Shown here in pieces: positions 11,700 to 24,404 of a stretch of 64,000 nt of DNA. Origin of the DNA: Hemiscyllium ocellatum (lineage: Eukaryota); contig NC_083404.1 in NCBI RefSeq assembly GCF_020745735.1, positions 37,199,731-37,263,730 on the forward strand, given 5' to 3'. The first letter of the stretch is position 1. Every line of letters begins with the position of its first letter. A model generated the notes under the pieces. The model made no database searches. It was not told where the DNA came from and saw nothing but the letters and a program-made list of their open reading frames with translations. Position numbers and translations under genes: made by a program.

Positions 11700-12580
11700 C
11701 CCTTCTAGATGGTAGCAATCATGAGTTTGGAAGGTATTGTCTAAGGAAACTTGATGAATGTCTACAGTGCATCTTGTAGATGGTTCAGAATGCTGTGATT
11801 GTGGATCACAGGTGGAGAATGAATGTTTGTAAATGTGGTGCCAATCAAGTCAATTTTGCCTTGTTGGAGGTGGTCATTGATTGGCATGGGGGTTGGGTGC
11901 AAAGGTGACTTGCCACTTCTCAGCCCAGGGGCTGCTTCAGTACCTGAAGATTTGCAAAGGGTCCTCAGTACTTTGTAGTTATCATCAATCATCACCACTT
12001 CAGACTTTTGATGGAGGGAAGGTAATTGATGAAATACCTGAAGATGATTAGTTCAAGGACTCTACACTAAAGAGCTTCTGCAGAGATATCCAGGAGCTGA
12101 GACGACTGACCTCCATCAACCACTACCATTATCCTTTTATGACTCCAACCAGTGGAGAGTTTTCCCTCTCATTCCTTTGGATTCCAGTTTTGCTAGACTG
12201 TTTTTAGTATAGCCTCTGACCTGATCACTTCTTGATTAACGATAAGCCCCACAAAATGGCGGATTCATTGATGGCAATGCCATTGAATGTCAAGGCTTGA
12301 TGGTTAAATTCTCTCTCTTGCTGGAAATGGTCATTGCCATTTGCTGTGTGTGGATGCTCCTTGCTCAAGCGTTGCGAGGGAGGAGGGTGGTGGGTGGAGG
12401 GAAACCAACAACTCGTCACAATGCACAAGGTATCTGTAGCGTGAACTCATGTGTCCCAGGTATCGTGCTGAACAAACTATGGTTTACCCGGCCACTGGAT
12501 GGAGGAAGTGGCTCTGTGGTTTGGAGATGGAAAGGAGGAAATCCCTTTCAGACCTACCATTATTCCACATCTGCGTTTTG
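11700..12580 (-). mobile_element. Degenerate L2/Crack-like LINE fragment (related pieces at 8990-9190 and 30000-30600)
   Basis: Decayed similarity to the RT-like sequence at 24660-26200; clade assignment tentative. Confidence 0.45.
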
Positions 12581-12654
12581 GGGATGGGGGTAGGGTGATT
12601 ACTGATAGATCAATAAACTGTGGGAACGTCTTTCTTCAGCATGAGAAAACAAAA

Positions 12655-12693
12655 GGTTTTTGTACGAAGGTTTAACACAACCATAGCACCGTG
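12655..12693 (-). promoter_or_regulatory. 23-RSS of V-A
   Basis: Minus strand: CACGGTG, 23-nt spacer, ACAAAAACC. Confidence 0.95.
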
Positions 12694-13213
12694 ACAGCGC
12701 AGTGGTAGATAGCTGTGTCACTCAGTACAATGTCATTGATGATAAGGAGGGTGGAACTTTCCACAACTTCGATATTGAATCGGGAGTTGAAGTCGGTGTG
12801 AAGCCAGGTGAGTTGCTGGGACCGGAGAATGCCTATCCCGCGAATGACTGTGTTTTTCTGCTGGTACCAGTAGATGGGTTGGGATGCTATGTTATCCAAC
12901 CCTTCAATCCGACAGATGAATCGTGCCGTCATCCCCGTGGCCCGGGTGAGCGATAAAACCTGCTTCAAGGTCACAAGGGCTTCACCAGCAGCTGGAAACA
13001 CAAACATAGAATCATTATCATCAGAGAGACCCATGCCGTTGGTGTTAGTGTTTACAATTCATCGGACTGCAGTTCATTAAGAGAACCAACATGGGTAGAA
13101 CGCAGTACACATTCAACGATGCCGTGTCAGAGTGAATAGTCGAAACGGTTTAATTTTCTTGTAGCAAACTTACAAGACATCAGGGTGATCGCCAGGACGA
13201 AATAAAGTGACAT
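12694..13213 (-). CDS. TRGV: V gene segment A (J-proximal, divergent). Leader exon 13174-13213 MSLYFVLAITLMS(S), intron 12992-13173, V exon 12694-12991 AGEALVTLKQ...FIC...IYWYQQ...DTAIYHCAV
   Basis: Open frame across GTAAGT/TTTCCAG splice sites; conserved Cys, Trp and DxAxYxC; 23-RSS follows. The gamma label comes from locus position only. Confidence 0.88.
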
Positions 13214-13547
13214 ACTGTCCTAATCCGGAGCTTTTTGCATAGAACGTCTTGCGCCTAGTCCCACTGGAGGGCACTGACAGTCTGAAAGAAGTGACTCCGA
13301 CCCGGTCGGCCTCTAACTGGAACCTGGATCATCACAACAGTGGGAGGAGTCATGGAAATACTGACCTCACAGGAGGAGACCATATTCTTCCACAGTTTCA
13401 GGTCATGACTTCAGTCCTCCATTATATTTTTTTCCTCTTGCCACGGCGTGATCCATGAATTGAACAAAAGCGCACTTTGTCTCACTGTTTTTTAGCATAT
13501 GATTTCCGTTACTAATATACACACCGGAGAATGGTGATTTAAACACT

Positions 13548-15590
13548 GAGGGATACGATTTACATGTATTTAGATAGGCAAAGGCTGATTAGGGATAGTT
13601 AACATGGTTTTGAGTGTGGGAAATCATGTCTCACAAACTTGATTGAGTTTTTTTGAAGAAGTAAGGAAGAGGATTGATGAGGGCAGAGCAGTGAAAATGA
13701 TCTATATGGACTTCCGTAAGGCTTTCAATAAAGGTTCCTCATGGTAGACTGGTTATCAAGGTTAACTCACATGCAATGAAGGGAGAACTGGCCATTTGCA
13801 TGCAGAACTGGCTCAAAGGTAGAAGACAGAGGGTGGTGGTGGATGGTTGCTTTTCAGACCGAAAGCCTGTGATCAGTGGTGTGCCACTAGGATTGGTGCT
13901 GGGTCCACTGCTTTTTGTTATTTGTATAAATGATTTGGATGTGAACTTAGGAGGTATAGTTAGTAAATTTCCAGATTACAGTAAAATTGGAGATGTAGTG
14001 GACAGCAAAGAAGGTTACTTCAGAGTACAACAGGATCTTGGTCAGATGGGCCAATGGGTTGAGGAGTGGCAGAGGAGTTTAATTTAGATAAATGTGAGGT
14101 GCTGCAGTTTGGAAAGGAAAATCAGGCCTGGACTCATACATTTAATGGTAACATCCTGGGGAATGTTGCTAAACAAGAAGACCTTGGAGTGCAGGTTCAT
14201 AGTTCCTTGAAAATGGAGTCCCAGGTAGATAGGATAGTGAAGATGGTGTTTGATATGCTTCCTTTATTGGTCAGAGCATTGAGTATAGGAGTTGGAAGGT
14301 CATGTTGCAGCTGGACAGGACATTGGTTAGGCCACTTTTGAAATATTATGTGCAATTCTGGTCTCCCTTCTATCAGAAGGATGATGTGAAATTTGAAAGG
14401 ATTCAGAAAAGATTTACAAGGATGTTGCCAGATTTGCAGGATTTGAACATGTTAAGATGTGGGGTAAACGCTTTTGCTAATTAAACCAAGCACATAGAAA
14501 AGCACACCTCACCTCATAATCTGTTAAAATATGAGTGACAGAGAACTACCCCAAATTTCACTATTTAAGAAAAATAGCAATTTTATTCTTTAACTCCAAA
14601 TGTGAACATTAAACAACTATTCACAATCCTAATCCTCCTTCCTCTTAAAAAAAATTGTTATCTGCCTCCCGCTCTGTAACAATAAACTGATTTGATAAAG
14701 CCCTGATTAAATTTACAGCAAATCAATTTTCAAAGCCAGACAGCGGTGTTAATCTCCCTGGGCCATTTTTGGTCTTCTGCTGCAGAGATGTTTCATATGA
14801 AAAAGGGATCTTTTGTAGGGAGTGTTTGGAATAGCAGTCATTAGATTGCAAAAGGTACTCTTTTTCTCTGACTAATTGTCCAAAATGTCTGCTTTTTATA
14901 CCTCAAAACATTGAATCATCGCATTTGTTCAATATTGTCAAAATCGTAATATTCAAATTCAATTGGGTTTTAGTATCTTGGGTCATAATTTAAATTGATT
15001 AGCTAAATTCGAATTGTTATGAAAACAACTCAGTATCTGAGTTACAGCTTAAATGTTACAACTTTAAGTTGTCCAGTACACTTTCTACCTGCAGTCACAT
15101 GACAGATGTTTGTCAGACTTTTCAGCTTTCACTCTCTCTTAAAGGTACAGTATAAGCAATAGGGAGAGGTTGAAAAGGCTGGGGCTGTTTTCCCTGGAGT
15201 GTTGGAGGGGTGACCTTATAGAAGTTTACAAAATCATGAAGGCATAGATAAGGTAAATGCCATTTCCCTGAGGTGGGGGATTCCAGAATACGAGGGCATA
15301 GATTTAGGGTGAGAGGGGAAAAATTTAAAAGGGACCTAACGAGGCAACCTTTTCACCCAGATGGTGGTGTGTTTGTAGAATGAGCTGTCTGAGGAAATGG
15401 TGGAGGCTGGTACAATTACAGCATTTAAAAGACATCTGGATGGTATATGAACAGGAAGGGTTTAGAAGGATATGGGCCAAGTGGTAGCAAATGGGACTAG
15501 GTTAGGTTGGGATATCTGATTGGCATGGACGAATTGGACAGAAGGGTCTACTTCCATGCTATGCATCTCCATGGCTCTGACTCTATTTTA
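13548..15590 (+). mobile_element. CR1 LINE interrupted by an LTR-like insertion
   Basis: RT fragments 13776-14484; CR1 sequence resumes at about 15159. Confidence 0.88.
14450..15158. mobile_element. Solo-LTR-like insertion (about 700 bp) within CR1
   Basis: Cleanly interrupts CR1; begins TGTTAAG, ends ...CA; TSD at best imperfect. Confidence 0.55.
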
Positions 15591-17029
15591 TTAACTTCTA
15601 TCAGGTTGCTTCTCAACCTCGCAAGCTCCAGCGAAAACATTCCAGCCCATTGAGCCTTTACTTATAATTCAAACCTTCCATACCTGGCAAAATCCTGCTA
15701 AATCTCTTCTGAACCCTCTCCAGATTGATAATATCTCTCCCATAACTACACGACCAGAATTTGGTGCAATATTGCAAAGCGGCCTCACTATTGTCCTGTA
15801 CAGCCTCAATGTGACTTCCTAACTCCTATACTCAAAGGATTGAGCAATGGCGCAAGTGTGCCACACACATTTTGACCATCCTGTTTATATTTGATGCAAA
15901 CTTCAAAGAATTATGTACCTGCACCCTGAGAATCCTCTGTTCTATACCACTCAAGGCCCTACCATGATTTGTATATTCTTTTCATATTTTTGCTTTGAGA
16001 CAGAACTATTCATTATTCTGCCATTATCACTCCCTCTCACCATTACCATTCCTTTTGTAAGATAAAACTATAAGACGTAAGAGCAGAATTAGTCCATTGG
16101 GGGCATGGACTCTGCTCCACCATTCAGTAATAACTGATATGTTCTCAACTCCATTGTCCTGCCTTCTCCCCGTCACCCTCGATCCCCTTACTAAACAAGA
16201 ACCTGTCTGCTTTTATCTTAAATACACTCAATGACTTTTGCTCCACTACATCTTTGTTCGATTATCTCTCCCATTCTGTCTAATCCTAGACATCCTTTTC
16301 GGTTTTCCTGAACCTCACCAGGCCAACATTAAAGTTAACGTATTTCTACTTGGTTTTAGTGCCAACGAAGAGACACATTCGACTCGAGATATTAACTCTG
16401 ATTCTCCCTCCACAGACGCTATCAAATCTGCCAAGTGTTTTTTTCCCCGATTTTATCATGTTTTACTACTGCCGGAGACCAGTGGTGGTAATATTAGTTT
16501 TAATAATATATTTAGTTTGTCTTCTTTGTTTAATTCTGCTCAGTGGAAGTCAACAGGAAGACATCAAGCAGTCAGTTTGGAATTATGGGTCCATTAAACG
16601 CACATGCAGGTGAGACTATAAATGCTAATTTGTTTTTCAATTTTCACAGGCGAGGAGAAAAAAAACACGAATAAATGAACGGGTACCAGGAAACCTAAAA
16701 GTATGTCAGGGCTGAAGAGCTTAGTTTAAAAATAAAGATAATTGTGGAAGTAATGGGAATTCAGAAAAATGAATCTCCACGCTTTAGTATATTCCAACCT
16801 GGACTGTAATGTGAAGAGTAAGGACATTATAAATGTGTTTGCCATTAATTCTTGAGAGATCTCTGTCTTCATGAGTAAACATTGACCGCGCACTTCAAGG
16901 TATACGTACTCAGAGAATCTGCATATCTCTGTTAAAAAAAAGGTCATATCTGTCCGATTTAGTTGACTTTTTTTCTGGTGATGACGAATATAGCGGACAG
17001 GCGATTTTTTTAAAAAAAGTGATTTACAT

Positions 17030-18370
17030 TGATATTCTGACGGGATTTGATAAGGCTCTCCACAAGCTTATTAGTAAAAATCCAAAACTCAAGGTGACAT
17101 GGGATGCTAATTATTTTAGGAAGCAAAACATAGTGAGGAATTTGCCATGAGGGTGTATTCTGTTTGATGGGAATTTACAGCTTTTTTTTTACTTCGGTAT
17201 CTTGTGCTGGACTTTCTGAGTCACATTTTGACCATGTGTATTAGTGGACAGCTGTGTATCCAAATTTGCAAATTAAATACAGCCGACTGTCTAGATGAGA
17301 ACAGCAAATTACAAAGGAAAAATAATTGCTTTAAGTGAATGGGTAAAACTATGGCAAGTGCAGTTCGATGCGAAGAATTTACTTTGAATCTGAAAAAGAT
17401 AAACTGGAATATTTACACTGCTTAATGATGAGAATCTAGGCAATGTGAAAGAAAAATAGAATTTTGGTGATCGCGTGGCTACAGGATAGGCCTCAGGAAC
17501 AAAGTGTAATCAATTAGAATACTCCGATCTTGCTCGCTTGGACAACAAAACCATGACTGTGGTAAGGTAATAAAAACGGCGGCAAGGCATAGCCCAACAA
17601 ACGGCAATGTACCAGCGGAAGGAGATGTAGTTTTGGTTGAGGAATAAAGAGTCGCCAGGGCACCCAAGGAGAAGTTTCCTGCTCTGCCACGAGTCTTGTC
17701 TGTTCTCAAAGCGCAAGCCAGGCCTCAGTTTCATGTACCAGCTGGCAGGAAGCGCCTCAATAATGTAGCACTGCCTCGGTACTACACAGGAAGGTCAGCC
17801 TAAATTATATGTGCTGTTCCCTGATCTCCAACTCAGTATTGCAAGATTTGCCAATGAATCACACTGTCAAAGAACTGGAATACGAAGTGAAAAGGTTCTG
17901 GTTCAGATGCGTATAATCTTGACCAGGTCCAATTTGAAAGTATTGCAATTTCTGACGCTTTAACTCCAGAAGGTAACTTTGTGCTGGAAGGTTTGCAGAG
18001 TAGGTTCACCAGAACAAGAATAAATTGCAGAAATCTCGTTTTGCTCTTTTGATTACAGTAAATTGAAGTACAGTCGAATTAGTGTATTTTAGAATACTAG
18101 AATGATGTTATTAGGTAGATACAGGGGAACAAGTTCTTCCGGGAGGAACACAGAGCAATGATGATATGTGGACTGTTTGTAGGCAATGTCAGGAATCACT
18201 TCTTCATATAAAGGGGAGTGGAAGCTGGAATTCCAACCCTCCACTATCTTCACACCCTCTCAAAAACAACTGTGGCTGCTAGGAGTCGATTCACATTTTC
18301 CCGGTCAATTTCGAATCTTTCGGATTGAGAAATATCGAGCAGATGATAATAAATTGAGTTGAGCTTCGAA
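17030..18370 (+). mobile_element. Old degenerate CR1 with an embedded SINE-like piece (about 17700-17830)
   Basis: Decayed SKFA and WQVQF-like motifs and CR1 3' UTR. Confidence 0.5.
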
Positions 18371-19267
18371 TTCACCATAATCTCATCGAATGGCAAAAGT
18401 TCACACGGGTAAGTGTTTGTACGTACTTTTTTTTAATTATCCAGAATGAAGTTGTTAAAAAAGGAGCCGTGACAGCGAAAAGGAGGGAGACTGAGCAGAG
18501 GAAGCTGTGATGTATTTGTAGACTCAACGGTGCGTTTGGGGTTAGCGCTCTGGAGGTCAAGAGAAAAGTTGGAAGGGAGAGAGTGTCACCAAAAGCGTTA
18601 CTCGTGTAACCTTAGGGACTGAATAATGGTGGGGTAGCGAAACATAAGATAAGGATGTGAGTAAACTGTAAAATGTGGGCTAAGACAGAAAGAATGGAAG
18701 ATTGCGGAAGGAAACGCGTATCAATGAGGATAAAGATTTACAGGTGGTTAATGTTGAATGACGAAAACAAATGGCAAACAGTCGCGATTGGCATACAATG
18801 GGGGGTCGGTGGGAGAACAAGACTCAGTCGGTGTTAGTGCTGTCCTGAGCACACCTTTACTCCCATCAATGGAAGAATCAACGGGATATTTCACACAATT
18901 GCTTCGCCTGTTTTTGTTCTACTGTGATGCTCCGGGATCTGTACCGGAATGGAGGAGGGATGGCGAGGATGTAATCATAGCAGAAAGTGCCAGAGAAACT
19001 CAACCGGCCCTAACAGCATTGTGGCAAGCGAAACAGAGTTCACGTTTCGAGTCCATAATAATCGCAAATGCGACCAAACCAGCACTTCACGATTTTACTT
19101 CGAGTCTACAACATCTGCAGTTTCTTACTTTCATTGGGAGATGTGGGTAGCTATTTGCTTCATATTGTAATATTCTAGAGTGTACTTTATTTAAAGGAAT
19201 GTTGTGACTGTTCTCAGTCATGAGTCGGGTCTGATTTTGGCACAATATTTGAATTACAAGATTGAGG

Positions 19268-19306
19268 GGTTTTTGTAAGCGGACTGAATTGCCGCTTCAC
19301 GCTGTG
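19268..19306 (-). promoter_or_regulatory. 23-RSS of V-B
   Basis: CACAGCG, 23-nt spacer, ACAAAAACC. Confidence 0.95.
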
Positions 19307-19715
19307 ACTCTCCAATAGGCACAGTAATAGGTGGCGGAATCCTCTGGTTGTATGTTTGCAATACGCAGAAAGTGTTGCCTGAGTCCGGATTTCACAGCTT
19401 TAAATCTTTCATTGAGTGTATTATCCTTCCCATCGCTAAGGAGCAACCAGACAGGTTGTTGCCCTGATGCCTGTTTGTACCAATGGATGGGGACAAAACC
19501 GACTGATTCACTCAGCTCACACGTAATTAAAATAGAACCCCCCATTTTCCTGGTGAACGAAAGTTGATTCTGCTTTAAATCTTGTGCAAAACACTTGCCT
19601 GTGGGAAAATAAATACCAAATTAGAGATAGCTTTACAGACTGAAGTAAACAAAAAACAAAATAAAATCAACTTACGCAGAAAAAGTGGTATTAAAGCGAC
19701 CCAATAGAGCCACAT
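19307..19715 (-). CDS. TRGV: V gene segment B. Leader 19676-19715 MWLYWVALIPLFL(R), V exon 19307-19598 KCFAQDLKQ...ITC...IHWYKQ...DSATYYCAYWRV
   Basis: Intact spliced ORF with 77-nt GT-AG intron; YYCAYW end typical of TRGV. Confidence 0.95.
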
Positions 19716-20499
19716 AGTTCCAGTCTGTGATGCTCTTTTACTAATCTACACCAAATATAAAGGGCAATGAATATGACAAAATATTGCGTGGCTGACAACT
19801 TCCTCTTGGTATATAGCGAGGCACTGCTCCTTATCGTTGTAACCTAGTTTCTATCCGACATCTGTCACAAGCCACGCCTTTCAGTCAGATTTCTACCATA
19901 TTATATCTTCAATCTGTAAAACGATTGAATTACACAAGCACTTTTCAACCTGACCGTTTCAACGTTGTGATACAAGATACAAATCAACAGCACGTCCCAA
20001 CGAACGGCCCCCACTCACAAAGACTGGAGCTGCAAACATGCGGCAGTAGGTTCGCCTGCCAACTGCACACAATAATGGCCAGGACATCTCTCGCCATTTC
20101 TTCTTTGTTAATGAGTCAAAGTCTTAGAACAACTTCCCTAAAAGATCTTCTTAGTTGTAAAGTCTCTGACAAAGTTGAGAGATCTTGCTGCTATGTACCA
20201 CGGACAAGGATGATTTCCAAGCATGGTTTAAGCCACTGCTTTATAAACCTCCAGATTCTTTTGCCTTTTTCCCCCACCTTTAATTATCAAAGTCCAATAC
20301 AAGTGAAAATATTTCCCAAGTCACGCCAGTTCTCCCTCCCCACCCAATAAGACTGTTCTGAAAACACATATCCTGAGTCAAACGTTTGCTCCTTTCATCT
20401 AATATTTTCTTCCATTTTGCTGGAATCTACAGCTACAAAAGAGCCCAGAGATACTTTTGTACGTTAAACAGGTATCCTTTCCTTTGCCACTTAACATCA

Positions 20500-21945
20500 A
20501 TTATAGAGCATAGAGATATACAGCATGGTCCTTCGGTACAACTCGTCCATGCCAACCAGATATTCCAACCCAATCAAGTCCCACTTGCTAGCACCTGGGC
20601 CATATCCCTCTAAACCATTCCTACACATATCAAGATGCCTTTTAAATGTTGCAATTATACCAGCCTCCACCACTCAGCTCATTCCATACACGAACCATCC
20701 TCTGCGTGAAACAATTGCTCCTTAGGTCTCTTTTATATCTTTCCCCTCTCACCCTAAACTTACGCCCTCTAGTTCTGGGCTCCCCCACCCAGGGAAAAGA
20801 CTTTGTCTATTTATCTTATCCATGCCATCATGATTTTATAAACCTCTATAAGGTCACCCCTCAGCCTCAGACACTCCAGGGAAAAGAGCCCCAGCCTATT
20901 CAACTTCTCCCTGTAGCTCAAATCCTCCAACCCTACCAACATTCTTGTAAATATTTTCTGAAACCTTTCAAGTTTCACAACATCCTTTCGATAGGAAAGA
21001 GTTCAGGATTGCACGCAGTATTCCAACAGTGGCCTAACCAATGTCCTGTACAGCCGCCACATGATCTCCCAACTCTTGTACTCAATACACTGGCCAGTAA
21101 AGGAAAGCATACCAAACGCCTTCTTCTCTATCCTATATGCCTGTGACTCCACTTTCAAGGAGCTATGAACCTGCACTCCAAGGTCTCTTTGTTCAGCAAC
21201 ACACCCTAGGACCTTACCATAAAGTGTATAAGTCCTGCTAAGATTTGCTTTCCCAAAATGCAGCACTTCACATTTATCTAAATTAAACTCTACCTGCCAC
21301 TTCTCAGCCCGTTTGCCCATCTGATCAAGATCCCATTGTAATCTGCCACCAATCCTTGTGGCACTCCACTGGTCACAGACTTCCAGTCTGAAAACAACCA
21401 CCTAATGTCTTCTATCTTTGAACAGTTCTGCATCCAAATGGCTAGTTCTCCCTGTATTCTATGAGATCCAACCTTGCTAATAAGTCTCCCATAGGGAACC
21501 TCATCAAATGCCTTACTGAAGTTCGTATAGATAATGTCTACCACTCTGCCATCATCAATCCTCTATGTTACGTCCTCAAAAAAACTCAATCAAGTTTGTG
21601 AGACATGATTTCCCATGCACAAAACCATGTGACTATCCCTTATCTGTCCTTGCCTATCCAAATACATGTACATCCAAATACATCCAAATCCTGCCCCTCA
21701 GGATTCCCTCCAACAACTTGCCCACCACCAACATCAGGCTCACCGGTCTATAGTTCCCTGAATTGTCCTTACCACCTTTCTTAAACAGTAGCACCATGTT
21801 AGCCAACCTCCAGTCTTCCGGCATCTCACCTGTGGCTATCAGATTTCTACCATATTATATCTTCAATCTGTAATATTTCAGTAAGAGGCACAGCAATCAC
21901 TTCCCTAGCTTCCCACAGGGTTCTAGCATACACCTGATCAAGTCA
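20500..21945 (-). mobile_element. CR1 LINE with an internal deletion and a 35-bp foreign insert
   Basis: ORFs 21003-21544; matches other CR1 copies on both sides of 21839-21873. Confidence 0.9.
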
Positions 21946-23009
21946 TCTCTTTCCTAATGCTCATTCCATGTTGGAAAAAAACTTCCAGCTGCCAAGAAGC
22001 CCTGCGCATATTGTCAACACGATGTTCAGAGGACTGAAAATGAACAAGACGCTGGTCAGGAATGTTACATTTGCTATCTGCTATGTTGTTACTTTGGGAA
22101 AGCAGGAAATCCTGAGGATGCTGGAAATCTAACACACAAAAGCGTCCAGTACTTGCAATTCTTAGGAGGCAACCAACATCAATGGGAAAAGCTTCAAACT
22201 GGTGAGTTTTAATCAGAATTAGTTCAAGCAGCAATTTACAGACCAAACACGGATGCTGAAAATCTGGTCGATACAGACAGGGCAAAGTAAACTGGTCCAT
22301 GTTCATCTGCGACTGATACCCCAGAGTATGTTTTAGGGAGAATTTGATATTCTGGGGTATTTTGCATTGAAAATTGTTGCTTGCAGATTGGTTTCGGATT
22401 CAAGGATTAGTTAGGATCCATATGGTACTAGATGTGCAATCATATCAACAAATTGTAAATTAACAGCATCTTATATATGATACAATATCCCTCGACAACA
22501 ATGAAATTTTTACTAGACTAAGTTTGACACATAACTAGATGGTAGTACAAGTAAGCTAAAACTTGGTAAAAGAGTTAAGTTTGAAGGAATAGGAGGCAGA
22601 GAAGGTTAGGGAAGAAATTCCAACATTCAGTGCCTAGATATTGGAAGACACACAACAGAGATGGAGCAAATGAAATTGGAAATGCACAAGAATCCATCAA
22701 GGGAAGAATGCAGAAATTTCCGGGTTCAAAAGACTGGAGAATATTATATAAATGGAAATGTTTGTAGAGCATGATGAGGTTACAGAGGTGGTAGGTAGGT
22801 AATCAACAGAATCTTACAGAAGAAAAGTGGCAACTATTGTATTCATTTAAAATTCTAATTCATAATTCATTGGTCATTAAATGTTGTGGTTAAAATTCAG
22901 GTAGAGGAAAAGTATGATCCTGAAATATCATACCTCTTGTTCCTGGGTTTGCATCACGCATTCAAATGGGAATTGGGGTGGCACATGGACTGGCGGTCAC
23001 CAAAGTGAC

Positions 23010-23345
23010 CACAGCTGTGGCTCAGCTCATAACATGTTTGCCTGTGAGTGAGCAGATTGTGGGTTTCAGTCTAACTCTCGGGTTTAAACTCTAGCAATCA
23101 AGGTTGACAAGCCAGTACAGCATTGACAGATGATGCAAGCAGCCATGTTTTGGATGAGATGTTAATCCAAGGCCTTGACAGGTGCATGTAAAAGATCAAT
23201 TGCACAATTTTGAAGCAAATCAGGAATTTATCCCCCATGTTCTGGTCAATGTTCGTTCTATAATTGAATTCGCAAAATAATCTTTTTGTTATCATATTGA
23301 TATTTGTGGCATTTGCTGTACACAATTGACTGCCACGTTTTTCCT
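23010..23345 (+). mobile_element. Deu-domain SINE (SacSINE1/AmnSINE1-like), degenerate; a similar remnant lies at about 34950-35170
   Basis: tRNA-like head and TTGCTGT.CACAATTG.CTGCC.CGTTT-like Deu core, recognised from memory. Confidence 0.55.
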
Positions 23346-24404
23346 TTCAGCAGTTTAGAAAGTTTACAAAAGCAAGTTGAAATAGAAAATAGAAAAGTGA
23401 GATCTTCATGGCTGCAAAGTACTTTATGATATCCTCTTGTCTTAAAGGTATGTATAGATGCAAATGTTTGTTTTGCTTTGCAGTATATGCTTTGCCTCAT
23501 GTCCTTAGGGTCTGTGTTATACCCTGAGAGGATCAGAGAATCATGCAACACAAAATGGAACCATTTGCCCCATCATGTACATGCAAGTTCCTTGAAAGAA
23601 CAATCCAACTAATTCTTATTCCTATGGGGCTGTGCTCCTTGGGTTTGCAAATGTAATTACCTAAAATTGTAATGAAGTAGTTCCATCACTGACTGACAGG
23701 TATCATCTTTGAAGGGTATTGCAACACTCACTAGAATGCAAAATAAAACAACCTTTTTGTATGAAAATTGAGGATTAGATGTGAACATTTCATTCGTCTT
23801 CTGATTTAAGGTCATGATCTGAAAATTTAACTCTGGCCAGTTTCATCTGAGGAATGGCGATCACCACTGGATTGCTGGTCTGTTTCTGCGTTTCTGTGCC
23901 ATGAGCAATCCTCACATTCTGACTTCTTAAGAAATAGAAACACATCTTAAATTTAAGCAAATTGAACCTATTGCTGGATCATCAGGGAAGAACTACTTGC
24001 ACTCCATTTTCAGACATTAGCTGCTGTATTTTTGTAAATGTTCACTAACTCGCTGAACAGTTTTGTGTCATTTAAACAATCTCAGCATGTTAGAGAATGA
24101 ATGTGTGACTGAATGCATAAACAGTGATTGTGCAGATGTGTAAGTGGGTGAGATAAGTGAATAAGTAACAGGTTGGAGGATTCGAACTTTGGTTGGGTGG
24201 TAGGTGGCCGGAGTGGCAGATGGGTATCATAGCAGCTGACAAGGATAGAAACTGAGAAAATGGCTAGGGTAAGCAAAGGGTGAGGTCAGTAGTTGAGCTG
24301 AGTCAAGAGAGGTTGTCAAGTTGGGAATTACTCGGGTAAAATGAGAGTTGGTGAGACAGGTGCATAATTCTTCATGCAGAGGATATCCTCCATTGTATCA
24401 TAGA

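Noticed and set aside
3182-12654. D segments between V-A and J1
   Set aside because: No short segment flanked by RSS found; the interval is mostly repeats, and V23/J12 permits direct joining
13056-13092. Alternative leader exon MLVLLMNCSPMN for V-A
   Set aside because: Weakly hydrophobic with a weaker donor; 13174-13213 gives a typical leader with GTAAGT
18936-18949. 14-bp GATCTGTACCGGAA shared in inverted orientation with about 60651-60664
   Set aside because: Similarity does not extend; compatible with chance
19320-19326. Embedded TACTGTG heptamer in the YYC codons of V-B, V-C, V-D and the pseudogene (V-replacement signal)
   Set aside because: Explained by Tyr-Cys-Ala codons; no matching nonamer at 12 nt in the copy examined (V-B)
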